From Chloroflexota bacterium (GTDB lineage: Bacteria > Chloroflexota > Dehalococcoidia > UBA2979), in contig JAQCIU010000001.1 in assembly GCA_027593235.1 (NCBI GenBank), forward strand, positions 1-64,000: a stretch of DNA of 64,000 nt, read 5' to 3'. The position numbers and the translations under genes are program-made. The first letter of the stretch is position 1; the number at the start of each line of letters is the position of its first letter. Positions 35,927 through 45,833 of the stretch are shown one piece after another. The notes below the pieces were generated by a model. The model saw nothing but the letters and a program-made list of their open reading frames with translations. It had not been told where the DNA came from and searched no databases.

Positions 35927-36991
35927 ATGACACTCAAGACACGCGCGGCGATCAAGGCAAAATTTGGCGAGCCGCTGCTCGTCGATGAGATCGAACTCGC
36001 GGACCCGGGCGACGAGGAAGTGCTGGTCAAGCTCTTCGCGACCGGCATCTGCCACTCGCAGCTCCACCAGATTCACAACCCGGACGGTCCCGTGCCGACG
36101 CTGCTCGGCCACGAGGGCACCGGCATCGTCCTCAAGGCGGGCTCGAAGGTCACCCACGTCAAAGAGGGCGAGCGGGTGATGATCCAGTTCGTCCCGCGCG
36201 ACCTGCCCGAGGGTATGACCACCGCCAACCGCACCAAGTACACCTGGCAGGGCAACGAGTACGAGGCCGGCGTCTACACCTGGGCCGAGCACGCGCTGCT
36301 GAACGAGCAGATGGTCGTGCCGCTCCCGAACGACGTGCCGACGGATGTGACGGCGATCATCGGATGCGCCGTCATCACCGGCGCGGGAGCCGCCCTCTAC
36401 ACGGCGGGCGTGCAGCCGGGCCAGTCGGTCGCCGTCTTCGGCGTCGGCGGGGTCGGGTCGAACGTGGTTGCGGGGGCGAAGATCGCGGGCGCCTACCCGA
36501 TCATCGCGGTCGACCTCGAGGAGGGGAAGCTCGGCTACGCGAAGGAGCTGGGCGCGACCCACACGGTGAACGGCTCTGACGTGCACGCGCCCGACGCGGT
36601 GAAGGAGCTGACCGGTGGCGGCGTCGACTTCGCGTTTGACGCGATCGGCGTACAGGCGGCCTTCCTCCAGTCGGTGGAGAGCGTGAAGTCGGGGGTCCTG
36701 GGCGTCAGCCGCGGAGGTGCGGCGGTGATCGTCGGCATCGGTCAGGGCGACGTGCCCCTGCCGCGGCTCTTCCCGTTCGGCGAGCGAACGATCATGGGCT
36801 CGATGGGCGGCTCGGAGCGCCCGGCAATCGCGATGCCGAAGTACATCGAGTGGTACAAGGAGGGCAAACTCCCCCTGGAGAAGCTCGTCTCCAAGAAGTA
36901 CGACAACCTCGACGAGATCAACGAGGGCGTGCGCGCCCTCGAAAACGGCGAAATCGAGGGCCGTTCGATCATCGTGTACGCCACCCCATAG
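35927..36991 (+). CDS. Zinc-binding alcohol dehydrogenase (MDR family)
   Basis: GICHS, LGHEGTG, GCAVITG, VFGVGGVG; lacks the 4-Cys structural zinc loop. Confidence 0.9.
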   Translation: MTLKTRAAIKAKFGEPLLVDEIELADPGDEEVLVKLFATGICHSQLHQIHNPDGPVPTLLGHEGTGIVLKAGSKVTHVKEGERVMIQFVPRDLPEGMTTANRTKYTWQGNEYEAGVYTWAEHALLNEQMVVPLPNDVPTDVTAIIGCAVITGAGAALYTAGVQPGQSVAVFGVGGVGSNVVAGAKIAGAYPIIAVDLEEGKLGYAKELGATHTVNGSDVHAPDAVKELTGGGVDFAFDAIGVQAAFLQSVESVKSGVLGVSRGGAAVIVGIGQGDVPLPRLFPFGERTIMGSMGGSERPAIAMPKYIEWYKEGKLPLEKLVSKKYDNLDEINEGVRALENGEIEGRSIIVYATP

Positions 36992-37008
36992 GGGGTCTTC
37001 GACCCCCT
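36990..37008 (+). terminator. Stem-loop after the dehydrogenase gene
   Basis: AGGGGGTC-TTC-GACCCCCT. Confidence 0.45.
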
Positions 37009-37118
37009 TCTAGACGCTTCGCGCCTGTTTGCGCAGGTGCGGAGCGCGGGAGACTTGGGCGGTCGGTGGAGTGGGTTGAGCTAGCGAATTCGCGCGGCCC
37101 GGTGCGTATCCTCACTGG

Positions 37119-38516
37119 ATGCTGTTGACCATCTCAACGACGCACCGGCCAGCCGACGACCTCGGCTACCTGTTGCACAAGCATCCGCAGCGCGTGCACG
37201 AGTTCGCGCTGCCCTACGGCACGGCGCACGTCTTCTATCCCGAAGCCACCGAGGACCGTTGCACCGCCGCGCTGCTCCTCGAAATTGACCCGCTGCACAT
37301 CGCGAGGCGGGGCTTTGGCGTTGCCGATGCGGCGCCGCTGGGCGCCTATGTGAACGACCGGCCGTATGTGGCGTCGTCTTACCTCAGCGTCGCGCTAGCG
37401 AAAGTCGTCGGCTCGGCGATGGGGGGACGCAGCAAGGAGCGCCCCGAACTCGCCGGCACCCCGATCCCGCTGATCGCGACGCTCGAGGTGGTGCCGTCAC
37501 GCGACGCGGGCGTTCCGCGCCGGCTGTTCGAGCCGCTGGGCTACCGCGTCGAGACCTCGAGGTTGGCGAACGACCTCCTCGATAGCCCCGGCGCCGCGGA
37601 GCCGGCGCTGAGCCCGTACGTGACGCTACGCCTCGAGGGGACCGTGACGGTTGCCGAGCTGCTGACGCACCTCTATGTCCTGATGCCCGTGCTGGACGAC
37701 GCGAAGCACTACTTCATCGGCGACGACGAGGTCGAGAAGCTGCTGAGCCGTGCTGGCACGTGGTTGTCCTCCCATCCCGAGCGCGAGTTCATCGCCACGC
37801 GCTACCTCAAGCACCAGCGGTGGTTCGCGGACGCCGCCCTCGCGCGCCTGTCCGAGGGTGCTCCGCCGCTCGAGGAGGAGGTCGACGCCCCGGACGTTGA
37901 GCCGGCAGTCCCGGCGACGCCGCTGAACCAGCAGCGCATCGATGCCATCGTCGCGGCGCTCCACGGTGTCGGCGCGCATACGGTCATTGACCTCGGATGC
38001 GGCGAGGGCCGTCTCCTCGGCGCGCTCTACGAGGATCGTGACTTCACACGCATCGTTGGGATGGACGTCTCGCCCTGGTCGCTGCGCGCAGCCGGGCGAC
38101 GGTTGCACCTCGACAACCTGCCGGAGCGGCAGCGGGACCGGTTGCAGGTGATGCAGGGGTCGCTGCTCTACCGCGACGCGCGGCTCAGCGGCTTCGACGC
38201 CGGTGTCCTCTCCGAGGTGATCGAGCATATTGAGCCGGACCAGTTACCACGCCTCGAGCGGGTCGTGTTTGGCGAGGCGCATCCGAACGCCGTGATCGTC
38301 ACGACCCCGAACCGTGACTTCAACGCGCGTATCCCGGCGCTCGCTGCCGACGAGCGCCGTCATCGCGATCACCGCTTCGAATGGTCGCGGGCGGAGTTCG
38401 GCGACTGGGCGACCTCGGTTGCCGAGCGGTTCGGGTACAGCGCCGAGGTCGGCGGGATTGGCGAGGCCGATCCGGCGCTGGGGTCGCCGACGCAGGTGGC
38501 GGTGTTCCGCGCATGA
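37119..38516 (+). CDS. hen1: 3'-terminal RNA ribose 2'-O-methyltransferase Hen1
   Basis: MLLTISTTHRPADDLGYLLHKHP, YVNDRPYVASS, VLDDAKHY, IDLGCGEG, EVIEH, TTPN, DHRFEWSRAEF; probably leaderless (TATCCT 6 nt before ATG). Confidence 0.95.
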   Translation: MLLTISTTHRPADDLGYLLHKHPQRVHEFALPYGTAHVFYPEATEDRCTAALLLEIDPLHIARRGFGVADAAPLGAYVNDRPYVASSYLSVALAKVVGSAMGGRSKERPELAGTPIPLIATLEVVPSRDAGVPRRLFEPLGYRVETSRLANDLLDSPGAAEPALSPYVTLRLEGTVTVAELLTHLYVLMPVLDDAKHYFIGDDEVEKLLSRAGTWLSSHPEREFIATRYLKHQRWFADAALARLSEGAPPLEEEVDAPDVEPAVPATPLNQQRIDAIVAALHGVGAHTVIDLGCGEGRLLGALYEDRDFTRIVGMDVSPWSLRAAGRRLHLDNLPERQRDRLQVMQGSLLYRDARLSGFDAGVLSEVIEHIEPDQLPRLERVVFGEAHPNAVIVTTPNRDFNARIPALAADERRHRDHRFEWSRAEFGDWATSVAERFGYSAEVGGIGEADPALGSPTQVAVFRA

Positions 38517-41056
38517 ACCTCACCGTTCCGAAGCTCAGCCTCGTCGTGCTGGTCGGCGTCTCCGGTTCGGGAAAGTCGACGTTCGCGCGGACCGCGTTCG
38601 AACCGTCCGAGGTGCTGTCGTCCGACCACTTCCGCACGCTGGTCGCGAACAACGTCGAGGACCAGTCCGCCACCCCGGACGCATTCGAGGCGCTCCAGTT
38701 CGTGGCGGGCAAGCGGCTCGCGCGCGGGTTGCTCACGGTGATCGACGCGACCAACGTGCAGCCGCAGGCGCGGAAGCCACTCCTCGATCTCGCGCGTGCG
38801 CACGACGTGTTCGCGGTCGCGATCGTCCTCGATGTTCCGCTTGCGGACGCGCTGGCACGCAACGAGGCGCGCGCCGACCGGGTGACGCCGCCACCGGCGA
38901 TCCGCCGGCAGCACGACCAGCTACGGCGTTCGATTCGCCGGCTCCGCAAGGAGGGCTTCCGCTTCGTCCATGTCCTCGATGGCTCCGAGGACCCTGCGTC
39001 GATCACGATTGAGCGAGAGCGGTCGTGGAACGACCGCCGCTACGAGACCGGCCCGTTCGACATCATCGGCGACGTGCACGGCTGCTTCGACGAACTGCGG
39101 GCGCTGCTCGACCGCCTCGGCTACAACGTCCGGGAGATTCCCGAAGCAGGGCTGCCGCACAGCTTCGAGGTGACCCCGCCGGCGGGACGGCGCGCGATCT
39201 TCCTCGGTGACCTCGTCGACCGAGGGCCGGACACGCCTCGGGTGCTCGGGCTGGCGATGAGCATGGTCCGAGGCGGCTCCGCGCTGGCGGTCACCGGGAA
39301 CCACGACGACAAGCTGTTGCGGGCGCTGCGCGGCAGGCGGGTGCAAACGACGCACGGCCTCGCCGAGTCGCTGGAGCAGCTCGCACGCGAGCCGGAGGGC
39401 TTCCGGGCGGAGGTGGTCGAGTTCCTCGATGGGTTGATCGCGCACTACGTCCTCGATGGCGGTCAGCTCGTGGTCGCGCACGCGGGGCTCAAGGAGCCGT
39501 ACCAGGGCCGCGCCTCCGGACGCGTCCGCAGCTTCGCGCTGTACGGCGAGACCACCGGCGAGACCGACGAGTTCGGGCTGCCGGTCCGCTACCCGTGGGC
39601 GCAGGTGTATCGAGGCGCCGCGACGGTGGTGTATGGCCACACGCCGGTGCTCGAGGCGGAGTGGGTGAACCGCACGATCTGCGTCGATACGGGGTGTGTG
39701 TTCGGCGGCAGGTTGACCGCGCTCCGCTATCCGGAGAACGAGCTGGTCTCAGTACCGGCTGTCCAGATCTACTACGAGCCGATTCGCCCGCTTGCGGGCG
39801 CCGAGCCCGATGAGCGCGAGCGGGATCTCCTCGACATCAACGACGTGACAGGCAAGCGGATCGTCTCGACCGGGCTCGCCGGCAACGTCACGATCCTCGA
39901 GGAGCAGTCCGCGGCCGCGCTGGAGGTGATGAGCCGCTGGTCGATGGATCCTCGGTGGCTGCTCTACCTGCCGCCGACGATGTCGCCGCCCGAGACGAGC
40001 ACGGATCCGGGGCTCCTCGAGCACCCGGCCGAGGCGTTCGCGTATTTCCGCAAGCAGGGTGTCGCCGAGGTCGTGTGCGAGGAGAAGCACATGGGCTCGC
40101 GGGCGATCGTCGTCGTCTGTCGCGACCCCGAGGTGGCCGCCCGCTCGTTCGCACCGGCCGAGGCCGGCGGCGTCATCTACACCCGCACCGGCCGGCGCTT
40201 CTTCGAGGATCCCGAGCTGGAGCGGGCGCTCCTTGATCGCGTGCGGGCGGCGCTGACCAGCACCGGCCTATGGGACGAGCTCGACACCGACTGGCTGGCG
40301 ATCGACGGCGAGATCATGCCGTGGTCCTACAAGGCCCACGAGCTTCTGGAGCGGCAGTACCTCCCCGTCGGCGTCGCCGCGACGGCGTCGCTTTCGAGGG
40401 CGGTCGAGCTGTTGCGCGCCACGGAGGCACGAGGCGTCGACGTCTCGGCGCTTCGCTCCCGCATCGAGGAACGGGTACCGCTCGCCGATCGCTACCGGGA
40501 GGCGCTGCGCCCGTACTCCTGGGCGGTTGGCTCGGCGGACGACATCCGCTTCGCTCCGTTCCAGTTGCTGGCCAGCGCGCCCGAGGTCCTCGCGAGGCGT
40601 GACCACCGCTGGCACATCGAGCTGTGCCAGCGTCTCGCCGACGCGGACGGGCAGGTGATCGTGACTACGCCTTCGCGCGTGGTGGAGATCGCCGACGCCG
40701 CCGCGCAGAGCGAGGCCACCGAGTGGTGGCTAGGGCGGACGCGGACCGGCGGCGAAGGCATGGTCGTGAAGCCTCTCGGCGAACGGGCGCTCGACCGGCG
40801 GGTGCAGCCCGGCGTGAAGGTCCGCGGCCGCGAGTACCTCCGCATCATCTACGGGCCGTAGTACACCCTCGACGGCCAGCTCTCGCGGCTGCGGAACCGC
40901 AGCGTCGGGCGGAAGCGATCGCTCGCCACGCGCGAGCACGCGCTGGGTCTCGAAGCCCTCGATCGATTCGTCGCGGGCGAGCCGTTGTGGCGCGTCCACG
41001 AGTGCGTCTTCGGCGTGCTCGCCCTCGAAAGTGACCCGGTCGACCCGCGGCTGTAA
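38513..41056 (+). CDS. pnkp: Polynucleotide kinase-phosphatase-ligase Pnkp, interrupted by an in-frame TAG at 40859-40861
   Basis: Kinase GVSGSGKST; phosphoesterase GDVHG/GDLVDRG/GNHD; ligase EEKHMGSR, EGMVVKP; family C-terminus RVHECVFGVLALESDPVDPRL continues in frame after the TAG. Confidence 0.93.
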
Positions 41057-41282
41057 CGTCCGGACGCCCGGGTCGCGGTGGCCGCACCCGCCCGTGCCGT
41101 CTTCGTGCTGTCGCTCCTCGGCGCCGCCGGCTACGCGATGGCCGCGCTCCTCACGCCGAGGACACCACCCACCGCGCCGCTCGAGCGGTAGCACCCGGAA
41201 CGCCGCTGGCGAGACCGCGAATGAACGCCACCAACCGAGGGCGCTGGACACCACCGGTAGATCAGCGTCGTTCGCCAGGACC

Positions 41283-41762
41283 CTAGAGCGGGTGGGACTC
41301 CGCGAGGGGAGGGCCGGCGACCTCCATCCAGTTGCGCTCCGCGACTGCGCGGTACGCCTCCGGGTGCACGGTTCCCGGCAGCAGCTCCGCCAGCTCATCG
41401 AAGAACCGCTCCATGCCACCCGGCGCGAACATCACCAGCACCGTCGCTGCGGTGTCGCCGATGTTCTGGAAGCAGTGCCGCGTGCCGCGCGGTACGAAGA
41501 CGAAGGAGCCCTGCGGGGCTTCGAGGATCTCGTCCTCGGCACGGAACCGGAGGTTGCCCTCGGTCACGTACCACATCTCGTCTTCGCGAGCGTGCACGTG
41601 TAGGGGCGGTCCCTGGAACGGCGGGATCACGTTCTCCAGCAGCGCGAAACTGCCGCCGGTATCGCGCGTTCGCGCCTTGATCGTCGTGGGGCCACCAACG
41701 GGGCCGGCAATCTGGTCACCTTCACCGGGACGAACGACAAACGAGCGCATCGGCTCGGGCAA
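41283..41762 (-). CDS. Cupin domain protein
   Basis: GPPLHVHAREDEMWYV, FVPRGTRHCF; AGGAGG before the TTG start. Confidence 0.88.
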   Translation of the reverse strand: MPEPMRSFVVRPGEGDQIAGPVGGPTTIKARTRDTGGSFALLENVIPPFQGPPLHVHAREDEMWYVTEGNLRFRAEDEILEAPQGSFVFVPRGTRHCFQNIGDTAATVLVMFAPGGMERFFDELAELLPGTVHPEAYRAVAERNWMEVAGPPLAESHPL

Positions 41763-41882
41763 AGGGGATTCCTCCTGGCGAACACATACCGTGGTCGACG
41801 GATTCTAGTCCTCGGATGCTGTGCGTTCGCGGTTGATTGATGGGCTCGCCGGAGAGGTCAGTGGTGACGCGAATCCGCGTGG

Positions 41883-43466
41883 CTAGTCCGGCAACTCCAC
41901 CCGCAGCGCGGTGATGCCCGTCTCGCGGTCAGAGAGGTAGACCACCCCATCCGCCAGGTGCACGCCCCAGTTGCCTTGGAGGATGTCGCGCTCGTCCTCG
42001 GGCGCGACGGTGTCGTAGTGCGCCACCTCACGAGGCGACGTGGGGTCCTCGAGGTCAAAGACGCGCAGGCCGTCGATGTAGTACGAGACGTACGCGTAGC
42101 GCCCGTCGATCTCGATGTTGTGCACCGAGGTGCCGGGGCGCGTTTGCCACTCGGCCAGCAGTTCGGGGGCCTCGAGGTTGGTGGCGTCGTAGAGGCGAAG
42201 GTGTTGGTCCGCGCCCTCGTCTCCGTTGAGGTAAATCAGTCGGCCGTCCAGGTCGGTCACCCAGCCGGAGTGGCTGAACGCGTTGCCCTCCGGGATCGTT
42301 TGGCTCACCACCTCGATCGCCGCAGGGTCGGTCACGTCCAGCACATAGAACCCGTTCGCGAGCGAGTTGAGGAACGCGATCTGGCGTCCGCCCAGCGTCA
42401 CGACGTGTACGTCGTGCGCGCCCTCGAGGGTGGAACGGGCCTCGCTGATCACGAACCGCCCCGCCTCGAACGGCCGCGCCGGATCGCTCACGTCGATCAC
42501 CCGCAGATCGGTCTGCGGATGGGTGTCGTTGATCGCGAACACGAGATCGGCGACCGGGGACAGGTAGATGTTGTGCGCGTTGCCGAACAGGTCCACATTC
42601 GCGCCCACCGTCACGGCGTACTGAGAGAGGAAGGCCGGCGCGCTCGGGTCGCTCACGTCGTAGATCAGCAGCCCGCTGGCCGTCGTCGCCGCGTACAGCA
42701 CGCCATCGCGCACCTTCACGTCCAGTACGGACGCCGCCGCGTTGATTCGCCCGAGCGGCTCGCCCGAGGTCGCGTCGAGCAACTCGATCGTCCCGCCGAA
42801 GTGCGGCGCGAAGACCACCCCGCCGTCCACCCAGAGGTCCGTGTACGACCCGCTCGCGTCTGTCGCCTCGTGGTGCCAGAGCATGGTCACGTTGTCGCTC
42901 GCCTGCGGCTCGTCGCGGTCCCAGAGCGGTCGCAGCACCGTCTCGATCGAGCGCTCGCCGAAGCTCGTCGGCTCGTTGAACGTCACCGTCATCTCTTGCG
43001 TCGCCAGGTCGACCGTTGCGGCGAACACCCGCCCACACCCTCCGAGGGCGATCCCGTCGCCGCTCGCGGTCTGCGTCGCGCTCGGCGTGCACGTGAACCG
43101 CGTCACCGCGATCACGCCCATCTCGAACTGCCACGGATCGACCAGCGGATCGGCGCCCACCGTCACCCGCATCGAGGTCCATGGAATCCCCGGATTCGCT
43201 ACGTGCCCTGACCACAGGTACGACGCGCCGCCGGTGACCGCGTTCGGCCGCAGCGCCGGGATCGGCGTTGCCGTCGGCTCCGGCGTCGGGCTCGGCGTCG
43301 GCGTCGCCGTCGGCGGCGCGGTCGCTGCGGCCGTGGCGGTCGCGGTCGCGGTCATCGAGGGCGTTGCGGTCGCCGTTCGATCGCCCTCGGAGTCGCCGGT
43401 GCAGGCAGCCGCGACCAACGCAGCCCCGAGGACGATCGCGAGGCCAAGGCGTAGCGGGTGGATCAC
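41883..43466 (-). CDS. LVIVD-repeat / choice-of-anchor-B-like lipoprotein
   Basis: Lipobox AAAC; repeated LIYDVSDP / VIDVSDP / VLDVTDP / VFDLEDP; His motifs AHN, AHD, SHS, VHN; start uncertain. Confidence 0.75.
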   Translation of the reverse strand: MIHPLRLGLAIVLGAALVAAACTGDSEGDRTATATPSMTATATATAAATAPPTATPTPSPTPEPTATPIPALRPNAVTGGASYLWSGHVANPGIPWTSMRVTVGADPLVDPWQFEMGVIAVTRFTCTPSATQTASGDGIALGGCGRVFAATVDLATQEMTVTFNEPTSFGERSIETVLRPLWDRDEPQASDNVTMLWHHEATDASGSYTDLWVDGGVVFAPHFGGTIELLDATSGEPLGRINAAASVLDVKVRDGVLYAATTASGLLIYDVSDPSAPAFLSQYAVTVGANVDLFGNAHNIYLSPVADLVFAINDTHPQTDLRVIDVSDPARPFEAGRFVISEARSTLEGAHDVHVVTLGGRQIAFLNSLANGFYVLDVTDPAAIEVVSQTIPEGNAFSHSGWVTDLDGRLIYLNGDEGADQHLRLYDATNLEAPELLAEWQTRPGTSVHNIEIDGRYAYVSYYIDGLRVFDLEDPTSPREVAHYDTVAPEDERDILQGNWGVHLADGVVYLSDRETGITALRVELPD

Positions 43467-43587
43467 GCGGAACGGGCGGAACGGGCGGGTGCGTCGTCGC
43501 GCGGGGAGGTGCATCCAACGATCGCACGTCGTTCGCGCCGCCTCGGCGTCCGACCCGCGTAAGCGCCGTTGACGATCGCGGGGACGC

Positions 43588-43809
43588 TCAGCGATCACGC
43601 CGCCGATAGCTCCACACGACGACGGCGGCCGTCACCGCCAGGAGGAACAGCCCGACCGGGCTCACCAGCCAGCGGGCGAAGTTGTCCGGCCGTACCCCGA
43701 ACATGAACAACACCAGCACCACGGTGCCGAGGCCAAGCGCGTATTGCACGCCCACGATGGCGATCGCCCACACCTCGCGTAGTCGCGATCCTTGAGGTGT
43801 GCTGGTCAT
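43588..43809 (-). CDS. Small two-TM membrane protein
   Basis: Two hydrophobic helices; lies directly downstream of the dppC-like gene. Confidence 0.55.
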   Translation of the reverse strand: MTSTPQGSRLREVWAIAIVGVQYALGLGTVVLVLFMFGVRPDNFARWLVSPVGLFLLAVTAAVVVWSYRRRDR

Positions 43810-43825
43810 CGGTGGAGTGTGGCGG

Positions 43826-44701
43826 TCAGGACTTCGTCCGCGGATCGAGCAGATCGCGGATGCCGTCCCCAATGAAGTTCGCGCCCAGGACCACGGTCAG
43901 GATCGCGATCCCGGGGCCCAGCGCGATCCAGTAGTCGTAAAAACGGCGCGAGCCCTCGCTGATCATCGAGCCCCACTCCGGGAACGGCGGCACCGCACCC
44001 AGCCCGATGAAGCTCAACGAGGCCGCCAGCAGCACCACCCCGCCGAAGTCCATCGTCGAGACCACCAGCAGCGGCGTGAACGCGATCGGCAGGATGTGTT
44101 TCGTCATCAACCGGAACTGGCTCGCGCCCAACGACTCCGCCGCGATCACGTGGTCGTAACTCTTCACCGCCATGAACTGGCCGCGCAGGAGCCGCGCGTA
44201 GCCCGGCCACCACACCAGCGTCATCGCGATCGCCGCGTTGCGGATGCCGACCCCCAGCGTCGCCGCGATCACCATCGCCAGCAGGATCGGCGGGAACGCC
44301 ATCACCATGTCCGTCAGCCGCATCAGGAACGAGTCGACCCAACCGCCGAAGAACCCGGCGACCGCGCCGACCACACCGCCCAGCAGCAGTGCCGACACAA
44401 TCACCCCGGCCGCAACCGGCATCGAGGCGCGCGCGCCGTACAGCGTCCGCGACAGCACGTCGCGTCCCAGCGCGTCCGTACCCAGCGGGTGATCCCACGA
44501 GGGCCCCAGCAACCGCGTATCCACGATCGAGATCGGATCATGCGGTGCCCACCATTGCACCGTCAGCGCGGTGAGCACCCAGAACAGGATCACCGCGCCG
44601 CCCAGCACCACCGGCAGCGTCATCCACTTCGGCTTGCGTATCCGCGCCTGTGGCGAGCGCGTCGTCAACGCTCCCATCGTCGCGGTCTCGGAGCTGCTCA
44701 C
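43826..44701 (-). CDS. ABC peptide/nickel transporter permease, DppC/OppC-like
   Basis: HPLGTDALGRDVLSR, AAESLGAS, LSFIGLG...PEWG, GDGIRDLLDPR. Confidence 0.93.
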   Translation of the reverse strand: MSSSETATMGALTTRSPQARIRKPKWMTLPVVLGGAVILFWVLTALTVQWWAPHDPISIVDTRLLGPSWDHPLGTDALGRDVLSRTLYGARASMPVAAGVIVSALLLGGVVGAVAGFFGGWVDSFLMRLTDMVMAFPPILLAMVIAATLGVGIRNAAIAMTLVWWPGYARLLRGQFMAVKSYDHVIAAESLGASQFRLMTKHILPIAFTPLLVVSTMDFGGVVLLAASLSFIGLGAVPPFPEWGSMISEGSRRFYDYWIALGPGIAILTVVLGANFIGDGIRDLLDPRTKS

Positions 44702-45711
44702 GACACCCGGATTCGGGGATCGATGATCCCGTAGGAGATGTCGATCGCCAGGTTCGCGATCACGAACATCGCGCCGCCGAAGATCGCCACCCCCATCACC
44801 GCGGGCAGATCCAGCCCGCGTGTCGACTCAACCGCGTACGAACCCAGCCCGGGCCAGGCGAAGACCGTCTCCGTCAGCACCGCGCCCGTCAGCAGGGCGG
44901 CGAGCGACAGTCCGAGGATCGTCACCGTCGGGATCAGCGCGTTCCGCAGCGCGTGCGTGAAGATCACCTGCCGCCCGGTCAGCCCCTTCGCCCGCGCCGT
45001 CCGGATGTAATCCTGGTTGAGCACCTCCAGCATCGACGCGCGCACCATCCGCGCGATGATGCCCAGCACCGCCCAGCCCAGCACAAACGCCGGCAGCATC
45101 AGGTGGCGCAGCGCGTCCCATGCCTGGCCGAAGTCTCCGGCCAACACCGCATCGACGGTGTACAACCCGGTCACGCCGTTCGGCGGCGTCGCCCGGAGGT
45201 CGATCCGTCCGGGGCCCGGCGCGATCCCCAGTTGCGTGAAGAAGATGTAGAGCAGGATCAGACCGGTCCAGAACACCGGCAGCGACGATCCCACGAGGGC
45301 GAACAGCCGCACCGTATGGTCGATCCATGTATCCCGTTTGATCGCCGCTGCGATGCCGGCCGGAATCCCGATCACTATCGCGACCGCCAGCGCCGCCAGC
45401 GTCAGTTCGAGCGTCGCCGGCAGCTTGTCCGCGATGTCCGACCCGACCGGCTGCTTGGTGCGGAACGACGTGCCCATGTCGCCCTGTGCCAGGTTCTTGA
45501 TGTACAGCGCGTATTGCTCGGGAGCCGACTTGTCGAGGCCCCAGCGCGCCCGTGCCGCGCTCACAATCTCCTCGTTGCCGAGCAGTCGCTCCGGGACGAT
45601 CGAGGCGATCGGGTCCACCGAGGCCGTTCGCGAGACCACGAACACCACTGTTACCACGCCCAGTAGCAGCAACGGCATCAATGCCAATCGTCGTGCGATA
45701 TAGGTGCCCAC
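44698..45711 (-). CDS. ABC peptide/nickel transporter permease, DppB/OppB-like
   Basis: DYIRTARAKGL, HALRNALIP, ETVFAWPGLG, DPRIR. Confidence 0.93.
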   Translation of the reverse strand: MGTYIARRLALMPLLLLGVVTVVFVVSRTASVDPIASIVPERLLGNEEIVSAARARWGLDKSAPEQYALYIKNLAQGDMGTSFRTKQPVGSDIADKLPATLELTLAALAVAIVIGIPAGIAAAIKRDTWIDHTVRLFALVGSSLPVFWTGLILLYIFFTQLGIAPGPGRIDLRATPPNGVTGLYTVDAVLAGDFGQAWDALRHLMLPAFVLGWAVLGIIARMVRASMLEVLNQDYIRTARAKGLTGRQVIFTHALRNALIPTVTILGLSLAALLTGAVLTETVFAWPGLGSYAVESTRGLDLPAVMGVAIFGGAMFVIANLAIDISYGIIDPRIRVS

Positions 45712-45770
45712 GAGCCGGCGCCCGCCTCTCGCGTCCCGCGAACGCTCACCGTCGCGGGTGCCGTGCCTGG

Positions 45771-45801
45771 CGGTGATCGGTCCCTCTGGGGCCGATCACC
45801 G
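45771..45801. other. Intercistronic stem-loop between the binding-protein and permease genes
   Basis: CGGTGATCGGTCCC-TCT-GGGGCCGATCACCG. Confidence 0.55.
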
Positions 45802-45833
45802 CCGATGCTACGGGTTCAATTGCTACGGATGCG

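Noticed and set aside
40859-40861. Genome-wide amber recoding or pyrrolysine as the explanation for the pnkp TAG
   Set aside because: TAG terminates many clearly complete genes here (e.g. acnA, ribH, ino1), and no pyl genes or suppressor tRNA are seen
43255-43375. Low-complexity GTCGCG/GGCGTC repeats
   Set aside because: They encode the Thr/Ala/Pro linker of a lipoprotein; similar linkers occur in other lipoproteins here
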